A stretch of DNA of 64,000 nt from Clarias gariepinus (GCF_024256425.1 NC_071110.1:2252274-2316273); one strand, 5' to 3'. Positions 1 to 12,556 are shown, counted from the stretch's first letter. Notes: generated from the letters alone by a model not told the origin. A program made the numbers and translations.

Positions 1-940
1 TAGTGATGAAGTGCTTTGAGCGCCTGGTCAAGGACTTCATCATTTTATCTCTACCAGACACACTTGACCACTACAGTTGGCTTACCATCAACTGATGATG
101 CTACCCCTTATCTCCTCCACACATCACTTACTCACTTAGACACTAGAAGGGGGAATTATGTTACAATGCTTTTCATCATACTCTTTGTACAAGTATGACT
201 GTGTGGCCACTACCAGCTCCACCACCATTATTAAGTTTGCTGATGACACCGTCGTGGTGGGCCTGATCCATGACAACATTGAGTCGGCCTACCTGAAGGA
301 GATTGGGAATCTGGAGAACTGGTGCTAGAGGAACAACCGCCTTCTAAATGTCAGTAAGACATAGGAGTTGATAGTGGACTTCACAACTAAGCAGGAAAGG
401 AACTACCAGGCCCCCATCATCAACGAGAGCCCAGTGAAGAGAGTGGAGAGCTTCAAATACCTCAGAATAATTTAGTTCACATCACACAGGACCTGTCATG
501 GTCCTGTCACATCAACACCATAGTGAAAAAGGCCCGACAGCGTTTCTACCACCTCAGATGCTTGAGAGACTTCAGACTGCCCTCCAAGGTGCTCAGGAAC
601 TTTTACTCCTGCACCATAGAAAGCATTCTGATGGGAAACATCTCAACCTGACTTGGGAACAGCACCATGCAGGACAGATGAGCTCTACAAAGGGTGGTGC
701 GATCAGCTGAGCGCATTATCCGCACCGAGCTCCCTGACCTGCACTCAATCTACAGCAGGCGGTGCTGGACCATGGTCAGGAAGATTGTAAAGGACCTCAG
801 GCTCCCCAACAATGGACTGTTCTCTCTGTTGAGGTCAGGAAAGCGATTCCGCTCCCTGAGGACCAACACAGAGAGACTGAGGAGAAGCTTCTTCCTGCAG
901 GCAATACGGTCTCTTAATCAGTACACCACACAGTACTGAT
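1..940 (+). mobile_element. Decayed LINE ORF2 3' fragment (reverse transcriptase C-terminus; L2/Rex-Babar-like fish LINE)
   Basis: Three-frame patchwork translation gives KFADDTVVVGLI (RT F/YADD motif) and ...KTxELIVDF... It ends ...RLRRSFFLQAIRSLNQ*, the tail typical of teleost LINE ORF2. Stops and frameshifts between ORFs 16-198, 498-710 and 694-939 mark it as a pseudogenised relic. Confidence 0.6.
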
Positions 941-2082
941 CCATTTTGCACATCCACACACATGGTTTTGCACTCACTGTGGACATTCTGAACATTCACT
1001 TACACTAGTGGCCACTGCACAACTACACATTCGTGGACATTAGTTAAATTACCCAATTACAAGTCACTTTAAATACGTCACTTTCAAGGATATTTGCACA
1101 CCCCCTGGATGTTCTGTTACCCGGATGCACAAGTCACTTTAAACACTTTAAATATGTGACATTTCCATTTATATTCAATTTATTTTCAACTTCATTCCCA
1201 AACAAAAAGTCCATAAATTCTATATCTCTGTATTGTACAGCTGTTTCTTATTTTCTATCTATATATATTTTTTCATATATGTTTCTTATATTGTATATTT
1301 TGTACTGTACTGTACAGTTATGTTATTTTATTTTAATTTGATATTATTCTTTCTTAGTTAAATGTACTTTTTTTTTCTATTCATAGTCTTTTATTTTAAA
1401 ATCAGGGGCAGTTCTCTAAGCATTTTACTGTGTATGACTTTGTATGTGACAAATAATATTTAAATTTAAAAACATATTTTATTTTGTGTTCGGAAGCGCG
1501 TGTGTACAGCGCGTGTGTACAGCTCGTGTACTGTTTCTTATAACACACGTGTGTGCACGCGCGAGTAAAGCAAAAGAAATTCTCAATACAGAGGTGAAAA
1601 AATCCATCTTCTTCCTCAGCTCATCGCTATGTGCGTGTGTGTGCACGCACGTAATTTGACACTGTGCTGTTTCACAAATACTCTTTTGCCTTAATGTCTG
1701 TGTGTGTGTGTGTGTGTGTTTGTAAAGCGGAGGGGGGGTTTAGGGGGTGCTTTATACACACATAAAGACGCACACACTCTTCTCTACACAGAAATTCTGC
1801 TCTGTCGTGAGAGGTAAAGTGCGGTTTATTTGTTTTTTTGTTTTACTTTACAGCAGTGTGGGAGAGAGAGGTTGATTTATGACGGCTGTTTACAGAAGTG
1901 TAGTCCAGTGCGGGAGATGCATTGTAGGTCACGCGAATGCAAGATGTAAGCTTGGATATAGGCTGTTACGCTGTCACAAGCAACATAAAAATAAAGCGGA
2001 GAAGCTTTAATAATTTTAAAGAGAACAACAGCTCGGAGCCGGGAAATCCGTATGCGTGGAGTAATTGCAGAGGCGTGGAGAT

Positions 2083-2260
2083 GCGCCGTAGTAGAGAAAA
2101 CAAGAGCATGGGTCTGAGCCATAAAATCCGTCAGCGTGGCGCCAATGCCGAGACGTTAGGATAAGCCGTAGTCGAGTGAGCGCGAGCGTGGGTCCGAGCC
2201 ATGAAATCCGTCAGCGTGGTGTCAGTGCTGAGTCGTGAGGCTGGGCCGTAGTTGGGAAAC
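2083..2260. repeat. ~80-bp minisatellite, ~2.3 tandem copies
   Basis: Unit gccgtagt(a/c)gag...gagc(g/a)tgggtc(t/c)gagccat(a/g)aaatccgtcagcgtgg(c/t)g... is repeated head-to-tail. Confidence 0.5.
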
Positions 2261-5200
2261 GAAACCTAAAGTTCAAAGCCATTAAATCCAAGAGTAGTAA
2301 TAAATCCAGATATGAGACGAGAGGCAAAAACGAGAAACAAAGCGAGGTCAGTAACATGAAAAGAATCATAAATCACTTAGTGGACAATTTATTACACGTC
2401 GTAGCTGGGAAACGTGGAACGTGGGGTGGATCCGTTGCATGGACGAGGGGAGTAGAAGTCGGACTGCACACGGGTTGATTATCCTGGTTATAGTGAAGGG
2501 TCCGATGAACCGGGGGAGAGCTTGCGTGAAAGAGTCTTCAAGGGAATGTCCTTCATGGCGAGCATGGCTCGATCTCCTACACGGTATCTGGGGGCCTTGG
2601 TGCGATGGCGGTCTGCCTGTTTCTTATACAAGGAGCAGGTTTGTAGCAGAGTTCTTCTAGCGCATAGCCACGTTTGCTTGCAGCGGCGGACGAAGTGTTG
2701 GGCTGACGAATTTTCCTGCTCTAGTTCCTGGGCTTTTATTTAAGGTAAAGTAACTGTCTTTTTTCAGCAGAGCCTCTGTTTTACTGAATAATCCAAGATT
2801 TTTCTTGAATATGTAAGACCTATTGACACCTCTAGATGTACCCCCCCCCATACACACAGCAGACCAAATGTCATCAACATGTCCCTCCCCCAAACTCATG
2901 ACTATATGAGTGACGCACGTGCACTGACATGATTTCCCACAATCCCGTAGCACGAAAGAGAGAAAAGCCATTGTGATCATGTGATACTTGGCAGACAAAG
3001 TGCATGCATGAACTTGCTTATTGAAGTTAAAATTTATTACTAATTTTTGCCTGTCTTACAAAGAGCTTGCAGACTAAGTTACTTACAATCCAAGGATACA
3101 CTGTATTAAGGTTATGGTCAAGTATGTGCACTTCTTTTTAAATTTATTTTGTTGTCTTATTGACAATGCTTTATTCAGATTTTTGAAAAATCTACTAAAT
3201 AAACACTTATTCAAAGTGTCTGATAGCTACAGTAAATTATTGTGTTAAAATTATGGAAATATTGTGACAACCGTAATATCCCGAAAGGCGGGAATTTGCA
3301 AAATTAACTTAATCCGAGTACGCCACCCTGGTGGGGCGCCAAGGGAATACTCCCAATAAAGACACACAAGTAAGCTCCATCTATCAAAGGCAAGAATAAA
3401 GATCAACTGAGACATGGGTAGCAATACAAAAGAGATGTTTTTATTTATTAAAAAACCACCAACAACAACAATTTGCACCCAAGAGACACAGAAGCAATAA
3501 ACAAAAATTTATTAATTAAACACTCCTCAGGAGGGGGGAAGGGGAAATGAAACAGAGACTGACAGGACAAAGCAGGGCAGCTGCAGCTTAGAAAATTGTT
3601 CGAAACCCACCCAAATTCACATCAAATTAAATGCCATGCACTCACTACAAGTAGGGATTGTGTTGGTACACTTGCAATTGGTGAAGCACACACCCCAAAC
3701 GCATGCAGCCAGCCTCCCCTGTCCTGCACCGTGCCTGACTCCTGATCAGAACAATAAGAAAAGAAAAAGAACACAACAACAACATGCACACACGCATCGA
3801 AATAGCACAAAATCTACACAATACACACGAAACAATAATCACATCAAACATAAGGAAAAAATATAAACAAACAATTTCACAGACTCAATAGTATATAGAG
3901 CACCAAGTCGTCTCCCAGTCCTATATACGACCGAGATCGGTGCCTAAACGCACCAAATTAACATAACAAAAAAGGACAACAACAACACAAACATTCGCGC
4001 CGTCACCACATAATACACAGAGCAGACATGCAAAACAATCGGCCACACAAAACAAGAATAAAAGCCAATCAAACACTTACCCTGCCACAATATTATAGCC
4101 CCCATAATGGTAAATTGTGCTTATAATTTGTGATTATGCTTGTGACTGTTGAATCTAATTATGTCAATGTAGGATCAGCAAATATGTTTGTCGATTTACG
4201 GTGGTGGCCAAAGGTATTGAGACACATGTTTACATAAAATTCTCAAACTATAATAAAAAAATAATTGTAATTTTATGCAGTGAAATGGCATTAAAACAAT
4301 CAATATTTGGTATAAAGAGAAAGATCTATAGGTGACTTATGCAACTTACAGAATTGCAACTAAAGACACGCACTGTGGTACTGAGAGAAGACAAAATAAT
4401 GAGATGAAAGACTGTGTGAAAGTGCTGAATGAAGCAAACAAAGAGTCCACAAAGACAGTACAAGTCAAGGCAAGGCCAGGGTACGAAGAGTCATTTCCAG
4501 AAAAGCTTTTCCAACTTTTAGTCCGAATTGTTCTGTTTCACTTGAAACTTTGTGCACTTCTTGGGCTCTTAATAAGAATAGTTTGTTTGTCTACTTATAT
4601 AAAAATTATTATTATTATTATTATTATTATTACTTTTAATCTTTGTTACACAAATGATAGGAAACTTATTTTAAATGACAAATCTAATTACATCCATTTT
4701 ATGTTATTATACAATATTTCATGATGTGGTATGATGTATTATACAGTATTATATTATGTATGACAATATTGCACATTGCACAATGTATATTTATTTGATA
4801 CTATACTGTATCCGTATACTGTATAACACACACTTCTCTCACTAGGGTGAATTCACCTGCTCTTATATATTGTACATTACAGTAAAGGAGTGTCGGCGGT
4901 TTGTTTCTGTAATGTCCGGAAATGTGAAGTGAATCTGCATCGAGAAGCGCAACACTGTAACGCGTTAGTAAGTCTCTGATTATCCTGCGCTAGTGTTTCT
5001 TATCATTTCCACAAACTGTTAAATGATATGTGTTATGCGTGGCTCAGTTTATTTGTTTATTAGTGTTTGCCGAAAAGAATTCGATTTGAAGTGAAGCTGG
5101 AGTTATAAAGTCAGTGTGTAGGTTACTGGTTAGTTAGTTAGTGTCAGTATCTGAACCAACACTTCTTGTGTGCTGTCGAAACATATGACGTCATCAAGAA

Positions 5201-5462
5201 GAAAGTTAAAGGGGAGATGAAAGATGAAAACAGATCCATCCATAAAGCACAGAAATGAGTTTTTCATGAGTTTCATGTTTATTTGTCATGTGTGTAAAAG
5301 TCAGTGACAGTTTTATATAAAAATGCTTGTTGTTAAGCAAATAATAAAATAGATCAGAAGGGAGAGAGAGTTTGTTTACAAATACAATATGTATGTACAA
5401 AATGTGCAGATCTTATTCTAAATAAATATTTATAAATATTTGTTTTTACAGACATAAACACA

Positions 5463-5467
5463 AACAT
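5463..5467. other. Target-site duplication (AACAT), 5' copy of BEL/Pao insertion
   Basis: AACAT lies immediately 5' of the 5' LTR and again immediately 3' of the 3' LTR at 13302-13306. Confidence 0.55.
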
Positions 5468-6043
5468 TGTAAATGTCAGAGATGTGTGTGTTCATATTTA
5501 TACAAAAATTCATTTATATTTGAGTTCATTTGTTTGTAAAATGCTTGATTCATTAATATGATATTCATTGTCATAAAAAGGGTTGATGTTTCTTTAAGAA
5601 AATCCATACTTGAAGTAACAGGTCACTTGTTGTGCATGGAAACCATGGCATTATGGGTAGTACATATATGAAGGCAGAAACGCACATGCTCTACAGCCTG
5701 AAAAGAGAGACGTTTTATCTGCATGGTCTAAGGGCGCACACGGTAATTTATGTTTAACTCTGTTACATTGTGTGTTTATTTTGTGTTCATATCTATTTAT
5801 GTAACAGTGTTTGAAAATTGTGTACATTGAATCAAGTTTTGGACACACGTGTACTTGTATGTCAGTGGACATTCAAATTGAGAGACTGTGAAAAGAGATG
5901 CATGTTTAAATATGCTTATGTTTGCCTTTTGTAGTTTTCACGGTGTCCGCTGAAGAGAGGGAGAGAGAGTCAGAGTTAAATAAACAGCAAAATGACATCA
6001 GTATGAAGCGTGGCTATCATTTTATTAGACCAGTGCAGCTACA
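5468..6043 (+). repeat. 5' LTR (576 bp)
   Basis: Direct repeat of 12725-13301. It starts TGTAAATGTCAG and ends ...CAGTGCAGCTACA. An AATAAA lies near its 3' end. Confidence 0.8.
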
Positions 6044-6547
6044 GTGAAAACGTAACGCCATCACAGTCCACAGCTTGAGGTATTGAACGGCATCGCGTCG
6101 GAGAAGGCACGGCAAGATCGCGGGTGCATCACGTTGAAAAAGACGTCGGAGAAAGACGGAGACACGAGCAGACGCATCACGTCGGAGAAGAGGCCATTTT
6201 ACAGCTAAGGTCAAAAGTACTGCATCGCAACCAGTAGAGGGCGACATTCTTCCGCGGAGATTACAGCCTTTCAGGTATCCTTTCCAAAAGCTTCAGAGAA
6301 CAGTGTTTATTCCATCTTAGAGTTTGGAAGAGATCAACTCCGCAATCAACTGCAGGTTGGACTGTACCATCTTCACATCTACACCTTTTCTTAAAAAAAA
6401 AAAGAGAAGACTGTTTACTGCTTTAATTGGTTTACTATTACAACCTTTCGAATGTTTATGCTTTAGCAGTAATATTATTGTGAAATGTGCTAAGAGTACT
6501 TTTGATCTATGAGTAATTACTTTAAAGTGCTTTGGTAAGCGTTTACA

Positions 6548-9500
6548 ATGTCATTCCATGGGGGAAAATCACAGTGTGGTGAATCAAAAGAGCAAACTGC
6601 GAATATTCAAGCAGAGTTGATTAGACTAACTGAATTATTAGAATCTCAAACTAATGACATAGAAAGGAAAAGATTAGAGTCCCTCATAGGTGATATGCAC
6701 TCTAAGATACAGTCACTTAAAACAGTAATGATCGAATCTACTGCTGTTACTTCAGGAAGAGATGAACCCAGGAAGTCTTCACGAGAGAGAAAGTTAACTC
6801 CAAAAATGCAGGAGCTTAAACAGCAAGATGTTTCTCAAAAGGAGAACAAATTTATCAAGTTGTATGTGAGCTGGAAAGAACAAATTAAAGCTGCACGTGC
6901 CAAAATTAAGTGTGAGTGCTCTGACCAAGACTTAAGTGACCTGATGGATAGTGTAGAAGGAATGGAAACTCAAGTTAAAGATGTGTATGAGCTTATAAGA
7001 TCTCAATCAGTTCCTTCTACTGAGATGCGAAGAAAAATGGATTCTTGTACAGCAGTAACATCAGATATAATGGGTTTAATGAAGGTGCGAATGAGTGAAG
7101 TGGGCCTAGACGAATTTGATGCTGATGCAGAAGATGCAAGAATTCGTATGGTGCTTGACAAAGAATATGCTCAGTCAGTGTACTCATCCACGGGCCCTAG
7201 GTCTATTCGTAGTCACCGTTCAAACAGCTCAGTAGACCAGCAAAGCATCACTGCAAAAAGAGCAGAGTGTGCCGCCCAGTTGGCTGCAAAGCAGGCAGAA
7301 ATAGAGATGGAGGAGGCTATCGCAAATCAAAGGCTAGAACTTAAAAGACTGGAGAATCAGAGAGATCTTCAAGTAATAGCTGCAAAACTCAAAGTGTACT
7401 CTGAAGTTGATTCAGCTGAGTCCAGTAAGGATAGTGTAGCAGCAAGCCGCGAGGTACCAAATTGTCCTTTAGCAGCTTCTAAGGAAATAAAAAAAGAACA
7501 AGCATGTAAGACAGACAATGAGAGACAGACAAACCATGCTAGCAGTGAAGCATCAATAGTACAAGCCTTACATGACACAATGGTTCTTAGTAGACTGCCT
7601 GCACCAGAGCCCTCAGTTTTCTCAGGGGACCCACTCAAGTTCTTAGAGTGGAGAACAAGTTTCAAGGCATTAATAGAGCGGCGATGCACAAATCCAGCTG
7701 ATAAGTTGTTCTACCTACAGAAATATGTCAGTGGTGAGGCACAATCTGTTTTGGAAGGAAGCTTCTACAGAAAGGATGATGAAGCGTATGATCAAGCGTG
7801 GGAAGCACTGAATTCCCGATATGGCCATTCATTCGTAATCCAGCGTGCGTTTAGAGAAAAACTAAACAACTGGCCAAAGATTGGTTCGAGAGAGTCTGTC
7901 AAACTGAGACAATTCAGTGATTTTCTAACAGCCTGCAGCAATGCCATACCACATATCAAAGGCCTTCAGGTGTTAAACGACTGTGAAGAAAATCAGAAAA
8001 TGCTACAAAAACTCCCCGATTGGCTGACATCTCGTTGGAATCGGCATGTTACAGTACAGCTGCGACAATTAGAGGAATACCCTACTTTCAAGGAGTTTGC
8101 TGATTTCGTGGCACAAGAAGCGGAAATAGCATGTAATCCTGTAACATCTTTTAATGCCCTTAAGCTTACTGAAGACAAGTCATCTAGAGAACTTAAGCGC
8201 TCAAAGGCTAATGCATTCTTCACTAATGTGAAGGCATCAGACAAATCAAAAATAGTGACAAAGACATACAATGTAGGAGTAAGAAACTCAGTGGAATCAA
8301 ACAGTGCCAATAAAATCAACACTGTCCCTTCAGTTTCAAACCCAGTCACTTGCAGGTGCTGTGGGGAAAGTCACTCCATTCACAAATGTCAAACGTTTGA
8401 CAGCAAGTCTGTGGAAGACAAAAGAAAGTTCATATTAGACAATAATCTGTGCTTTGGCTGTCTTAGGAGAGGACACAACTCAAAGGATTGCAGGAGCAAA
8501 GCAACTTGTAGTATATGCAAGAAACGTCATCCTACAATACTTCACGAAGACCGCCCATCTCCTGCAGCTGTCACATTTCAGCATGCTATGCAAGTAGAAC
8601 AGAACACGTCTTCTCTTTCTTGTAGCGTTGAGAGTGGTGATGGTGGGAGTACATCGATGATAGTGCCTGTATGGATTTCTTCAACTTCCACTCCTGAAAG
8701 GGAGACCTTAGTTTATGCCCTTCTGGATACACAGAGCAGCAACACCTTCGTGGATAAAGAATTATGTGAGAGGATGGGTGCAATTGCAGAGCCAGTCAAG
8801 TTAAAACTTACCACAATGATGGGAAGGGATTCTATAGTTCAAAGTAAAAGAGTAAGTGGGCTCAGAATTAGAGGGTTTACCTCCCATGGCTTAATAAGTT
8901 TGCCACCTGTCTATACCAGAGACTTCATTCCACTTGAACGTTCTCATATCCCTACCTCAGAAACCGCTAGAAGGTGGAATCATCTGAAAGAAATTGCTCA
9001 GGAAATCCCAATGCTGCTGGATTGTAAAGTAGGACTCCTGATAGGTTACGATTGCTCAAGAGCCTTGGCACCACGTCAAGTCATCACAGGAGGCAATGAC
9101 GAACCGTATGCCATCAGGACAGATTTGGGTTGGAGCATAGTTGGCTCTTCGCACCACATTGCAAAGTCAACTGAAGTCACAGGCCTGTGTCATCGTGTAT
9201 GTGTCAAGGAAGTCCCAATACTGACACCAGCTTCCATCATCAGAGCTCTTGAGTCAGACTTTAGAGAAACAAGTCCAAGGGATAGAAGCATTTCACAAGA
9301 TGACATACAATTCACACAACTTTTGAATGACAAAATTCACAAGAACTCGGAGGGACACCGTGAGATGCCCCTCCCCTTTAAGACACGGCCACAGTTACCT
9401 GAAAATAAGCAGCTGGCTCTGGTGCGTTTGAAGCGCTTGAAAGGAAAATTTGAGAAAGACCAAAAATTTAAGGATGATTATGTCAAATTCATGGCAGACG

Positions 9501-12500
9501 TCTTCAAGGATGGTGATGCAGAGAGAGCCAAACACCAACCTAAGGAAGGAAACGCTTGGTATATACCTCATCAGGGAGTATATCACGCTAGAAAGCCAGA
9601 GAAGATTAGGGTTGTGTTTGATTGCTCTGCCAAATATGGCGGCACTGCATTAAATGATCACTTGTTGACTGGACCTGATCTCATTAATGGGTTAACAGGG
9701 GTGCTCTGCAGGTTTCGCAAATACCCAATCACAGTTATCTGTGATGTAGAAAGAATGTTCCACAGGTTTCATGTGAGCCAGGAAGATAGAGACTACTTAC
9801 GGTTCCTGTGGTGGGAAAATGGCGATACAAACTCCGAGCCAAAGGAGTATCGCATGAAAGTCCATCTTTTTGGCGCAGCATCCTCTCCTGGCTGCGCAAA
9901 TTATGGAATGAAGTATCTTGCATGTCAGAACGAAAGAGAATACCCTGCAGCAGCCAGTTTCATCAAAAGTAATTTCTACGTTGATGATGGGCTCATCAGT
10001 GTGGAAAAGGTGGATGAAGCTATAAGATTAGTACAAGAAGCCCGAAATGTGTGTGCAAAAGGGAAATTACGTCTGCACAAGTTCATCTCAAATGACAGGA
10101 AAGTCATGGAGTCTATCCCTGTCAGTGAGCGAGCCAGTGAAATCCAGGATGTGGAGATCGGTTCTGATGAATTCCCAGTCCAGACAGTGTTGGGAGTTAG
10201 ATGGAATGTAAATAGTGACACCTTTTCATTTAAAGTAGCCTTGGATGACAAACCAGCAACGCGCAGAGGAATCCTCTCAACAGTTGCATCTGTGTTTGAT
10301 CCGTTAGGCTTCCTGGCTCCCTTCATCCTATTAGGAAAGAAAGTTCTACAGGAGATGTGCCAAAGGGGGTTTGAATGGGATGATCCACTCCCCAAAGAGT
10401 TGATGCCACAATGGACCAGCTGGATAAATGATTTGAAGAACCTGCAAAATCTCCAGATTGCAAGATGCTTTGCTCCTGACTCACTAGGGAATGTCCAGAG
10501 GATCGAACTCCATCACTTTTCAGATGCGAGTAGCCATGGCTATGGTCAGTGCTCATATATACGAGTGTTGAGTGAAGACAAAGTCCACTGCTCCTTTGTC
10601 TTCGGAAAGGCAAGGGTTGCACCCACCAAAATTGTGACAATACCTAGACTTGAGTTAACCGCTGCCGTGATCTCTTCAGCGGTGAGTAGCATGTTAAAAG
10701 AGGAGCTGGAGCTTAAAATTGACGCAGAATACTTTTGGACTGATTCAAAGGTAGTCTTGGGCTACATTAACAATGAAGCCCGTAGGTTTCACGTTTTTGT
10801 AGTGAATAGAGTACAAAGAATCAGAGAGACGACTGACCCTGCACAGTGGCATTATGTAGAGACACAGCAAAACCCTGCGGATCATGCTTCCAGGGGTCTC
10901 AAAGTGTCAGAGTTGATCAACTCGAATTGGCTTACTGGACCCAAGTTTCTCTGGGAAAGAGAAATTGTAACAACAGAAACAGCTCCAGAGCTTCTGATTG
11001 GCGACCCTGAAATCAGGGCAACGCAAGTGCTACAAACAGAGGTAGCAAACAATGAAAACTTTCTGGAGAGGTTTCGTCGATTTTCAAAATGGCACACTGC
11101 ATTGAAAGTTGTAGCTCGTATTCAGCAAGTTGCAAGAGACAAGTCAGCTAAACCCATTAATGTTGAAGACATGAGAAATGCTGGCATCAGGCTTGTACAA
11201 TTGGCACAAAGAGATGCCTTCAAGGATGAGATACAAATACTGAGACATGGCAAATTACCACATGGTAATCCATTGTTCCAACTTGACCCAGTACTGCAAG
11301 ATGGTGTTCTCAGGGTGGGAGGACGTTTGAAGAAAGCTTCCTTACCTCTTGACTTGAAGCACCCAGCAATCCTCCCAAGAGATAGTGTGATTACTTGTCT
11401 CATTGTTGATTACTGCCATGAAAAGACTCAACACCAAGGCAGAGGACAGACGCTTAATGAATTGAGAGCAAGTGGTTACTGGGTTGTCGGAGGCAGTAAA
11501 GTTGTGGCAAACCACCTTAAGCAATGTGTGACATGCAGGAGAGCTCGTAGGCCATTAGAGACACAGAAGATGGCAGATCTTCCTGCTAACCGTGTTGACC
11601 CCTCTCCACCGTTCTCATACTGCGGGATGGATTGCTTTGGGCCATTTCTCTGTAAGCAAGGGCGGAAGGGGCATAAGAGATATGGGCTTATATTCACCTG
11701 TTTCTCCTCAAGAGCAATCCACATAGAGATGCTGGAAGATCTAACAACTGATGCCTTCATAAATGCCTTGCGATGCTTTATAGCTATCCGTGGAGCTGTA
11801 AGAGAAATAAGATCGGATCAAGGGACAAATTTTGTTGGGGCGAAAAATGAGCTGACAAAGGCTTTGGAAGAATTAGACCATGAGAGATTGACCGCTTACC
11901 TATCCCAGAAACAATGTGACTTCATTTTGAATGTACCTGATGCCAGTCACATGGGAGGGGTTTGGGAAAGGCAGATCAGAACAATTAGAAACGTTTTAAG
12001 TTGGGCCCTTTCTCAGAGCACTGGAAGATTGGATGATGCATCCTTGAGAACTTTCTTCTACGAAGCCATGTCAATCATAAACAGTCGCCCACTCACCACA
12101 GATACCATCAATGATCCCAAGGGGCTAGAGCCACTTACACCAAACCATTTACTCACCATGAAATCCTCTGTCCCTCTACCTCCACCTGGGAAATTTGTGC
12201 CAGAAGACCTGTATGTGAGGAAAAGGTGGCGAAGGGTACAATATCTGACACAGCAATTTTGGAGTAGATGGAAGAAGGAATACCTGACAAACATCACTCT
12301 CAGACAACGATGGCACTCTCCAAGACGAAATGTCAAGGTTGGAGATGTTGTGATTCTCAAGGAGGAAGAGGTTCCCCGCAATGAATGGAGACTTGGACGA
12401 GTGATTGCTGTTTGTGCAGATGAAGACGGACTGGTGCGAAAGGCCAAAATTCAAATGGGAAGTAGGAAGTTAGGGAAAAAAGGTCAACGACTGACCAATC

Positions 12501-12556
12501 CATCAATTCTGGAACGTCCTGTTCATAAACTAGTGGTACTTGTAGAGAAAACCTAG
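6548..12556 (+). CDS. Gag-Pol polyprotein of the BEL/Pao element (2002 aa, uninterrupted)
   Basis: Three CCHC zinc knuckles lie near nt 8350-8550 (CRCCGESHSIHKC, CFGCLRRGHNSKDC, CSICKKRHPTILHE). A protease-like LLDTQSSNTFV lies near nt 8725. RT motifs are FGAASSPGCANY and FYVDDGLIS near nt 9980. RNase H HFSDASSHGYG lies near nt 10520. Integrase has an HHCC finger (H..H..C..C, nt 11415-11545) and DDE residues (CGMDCFGPF, SDQGTNF). Confidence 0.85.
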   Translation: MSFHGGKSQCGESKEQTANIQAELIRLTELLESQTNDIERKRLESLIGDMHSKIQSLKTVMIESTAVTSGRDEPRKSSRERKLTPKMQELKQQDVSQKENKFIKLYVSWKEQIKAARAKIKCECSDQDLSDLMDSVEGMETQVKDVYELIRSQSVPSTEMRRKMDSCTAVTSDIMGLMKVRMSEVGLDEFDADAEDARIRMVLDKEYAQSVYSSTGPRSIRSHRSNSSVDQQSITAKRAECAAQLAAKQAEIEMEEAIANQRLELKRLENQRDLQVIAAKLKVYSEVDSAESSKDSVAASREVPNCPLAASKEIKKEQACKTDNERQTNHASSEASIVQALHDTMVLSRLPAPEPSVFSGDPLKFLEWRTSFKALIERRCTNPADKLFYLQKYVSGEAQSVLEGSFYRKDDEAYDQAWEALNSRYGHSFVIQRAFREKLNNWPKIGSRESVKLRQFSDFLTACSNAIPHIKGLQVLNDCEENQKMLQKLPDWLTSRWNRHVTVQLRQLEEYPTFKEFADFVAQEAEIACNPVTSFNALKLTEDKSSRELKRSKANAFFTNVKASDKSKIVTKTYNVGVRNSVESNSANKINTVPSVSNPVTCRCCGESHSIHKCQTFDSKSVEDKRKFILDNNLCFGCLRRGHNSKDCRSKATCSICKKRHPTILHEDRPSPAAVTFQHAMQVEQNTSSLSCSVESGDGGSTSMIVPVWISSTSTPERETLVYALLDTQSSNTFVDKELCERMGAIAEPVKLKLTTMMGRDSIVQSKRVSGLRIRGFTSHGLISLPPVYTRDFIPLERSHIPTSETARRWNHLKEIAQEIPMLLDCKVGLLIGYDCSRALAPRQVITGGNDEPYAIRTDLGWSIVGSSHHIAKSTEVTGLCHRVCVKEVPILTPASIIRALESDFRETSPRDRSISQDDIQFTQLLNDKIHKNSEGHREMPLPFKTRPQLPENKQLALVRLKRLKGKFEKDQKFKDDYVKFMADVFKDGDAERAKHQPKEGNAWYIPHQGVYHARKPEKIRVVFDCSAKYGGTALNDHLLTGPDLINGLTGVLCRFRKYPITVICDVERMFHRFHVSQEDRDYLRFLWWENGDTNSEPKEYRMKVHLFGAASSPGCANYGMKYLACQNEREYPAAASFIKSNFYVDDGLISVEKVDEAIRLVQEARNVCAKGKLRLHKFISNDRKVMESIPVSERASEIQDVEIGSDEFPVQTVLGVRWNVNSDTFSFKVALDDKPATRRGILSTVASVFDPLGFLAPFILLGKKVLQEMCQRGFEWDDPLPKELMPQWTSWINDLKNLQNLQIARCFAPDSLGNVQRIELHHFSDASSHGYGQCSYIRVLSEDKVHCSFVFGKARVAPTKIVTIPRLELTAAVISSAVSSMLKEELELKIDAEYFWTDSKVVLGYINNEARRFHVFVVNRVQRIRETTDPAQWHYVETQQNPADHASRGLKVSELINSNWLTGPKFLWEREIVTTETAPELLIGDPEIRATQVLQTEVANNENFLERFRRFSKWHTALKVVARIQQVARDKSAKPINVEDMRNAGIRLVQLAQRDAFKDEIQILRHGKLPHGNPLFQLDPVLQDGVLRVGGRLKKASLPLDLKHPAILPRDSVITCLIVDYCHEKTQHQGRGQTLNELRASGYWVVGGSKVVANHLKQCVTCRRARRPLETQKMADLPANRVDPSPPFSYCGMDCFGPFLCKQGRKGHKRYGLIFTCFSSRAIHIEMLEDLTTDAFINALRCFIAIRGAVREIRSDQGTNFVGAKNELTKALEELDHERLTAYLSQKQCDFILNVPDASHMGGVWERQIRTIRNVLSWALSQSTGRLDDASLRTFFYEAMSIINSRPLTTDTINDPKGLEPLTPNHLLTMKSSVPLPPPGKFVPEDLYVRKRWRRVQYLTQQFWSRWKKEYLTNITLRQRWHSPRRNVKVGDVVILKEEEVPRNEWRLGRVIAVCADEDGLVRKAKIQMGSRKLGKKGQRLTNPSILERPVHKLVVLVEKT

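Noticed and set aside
2083-2260. Possibility that the tandem repeats (80-bp minisatellite, 48-bp exon repeat) are CRISPR arrays
   Set aside because: This is a eukaryotic context. The copies are adjacent, with no unique spacers and no cas genes.
4332-4724. 130-aa ORF upstream of the retrotransposon, and 2657-2998 (-)
   Set aside because: Both are low-complexity and AT- or homopolymer-rich, with no motif similarity. They lie in intergenic simple-sequence DNA.
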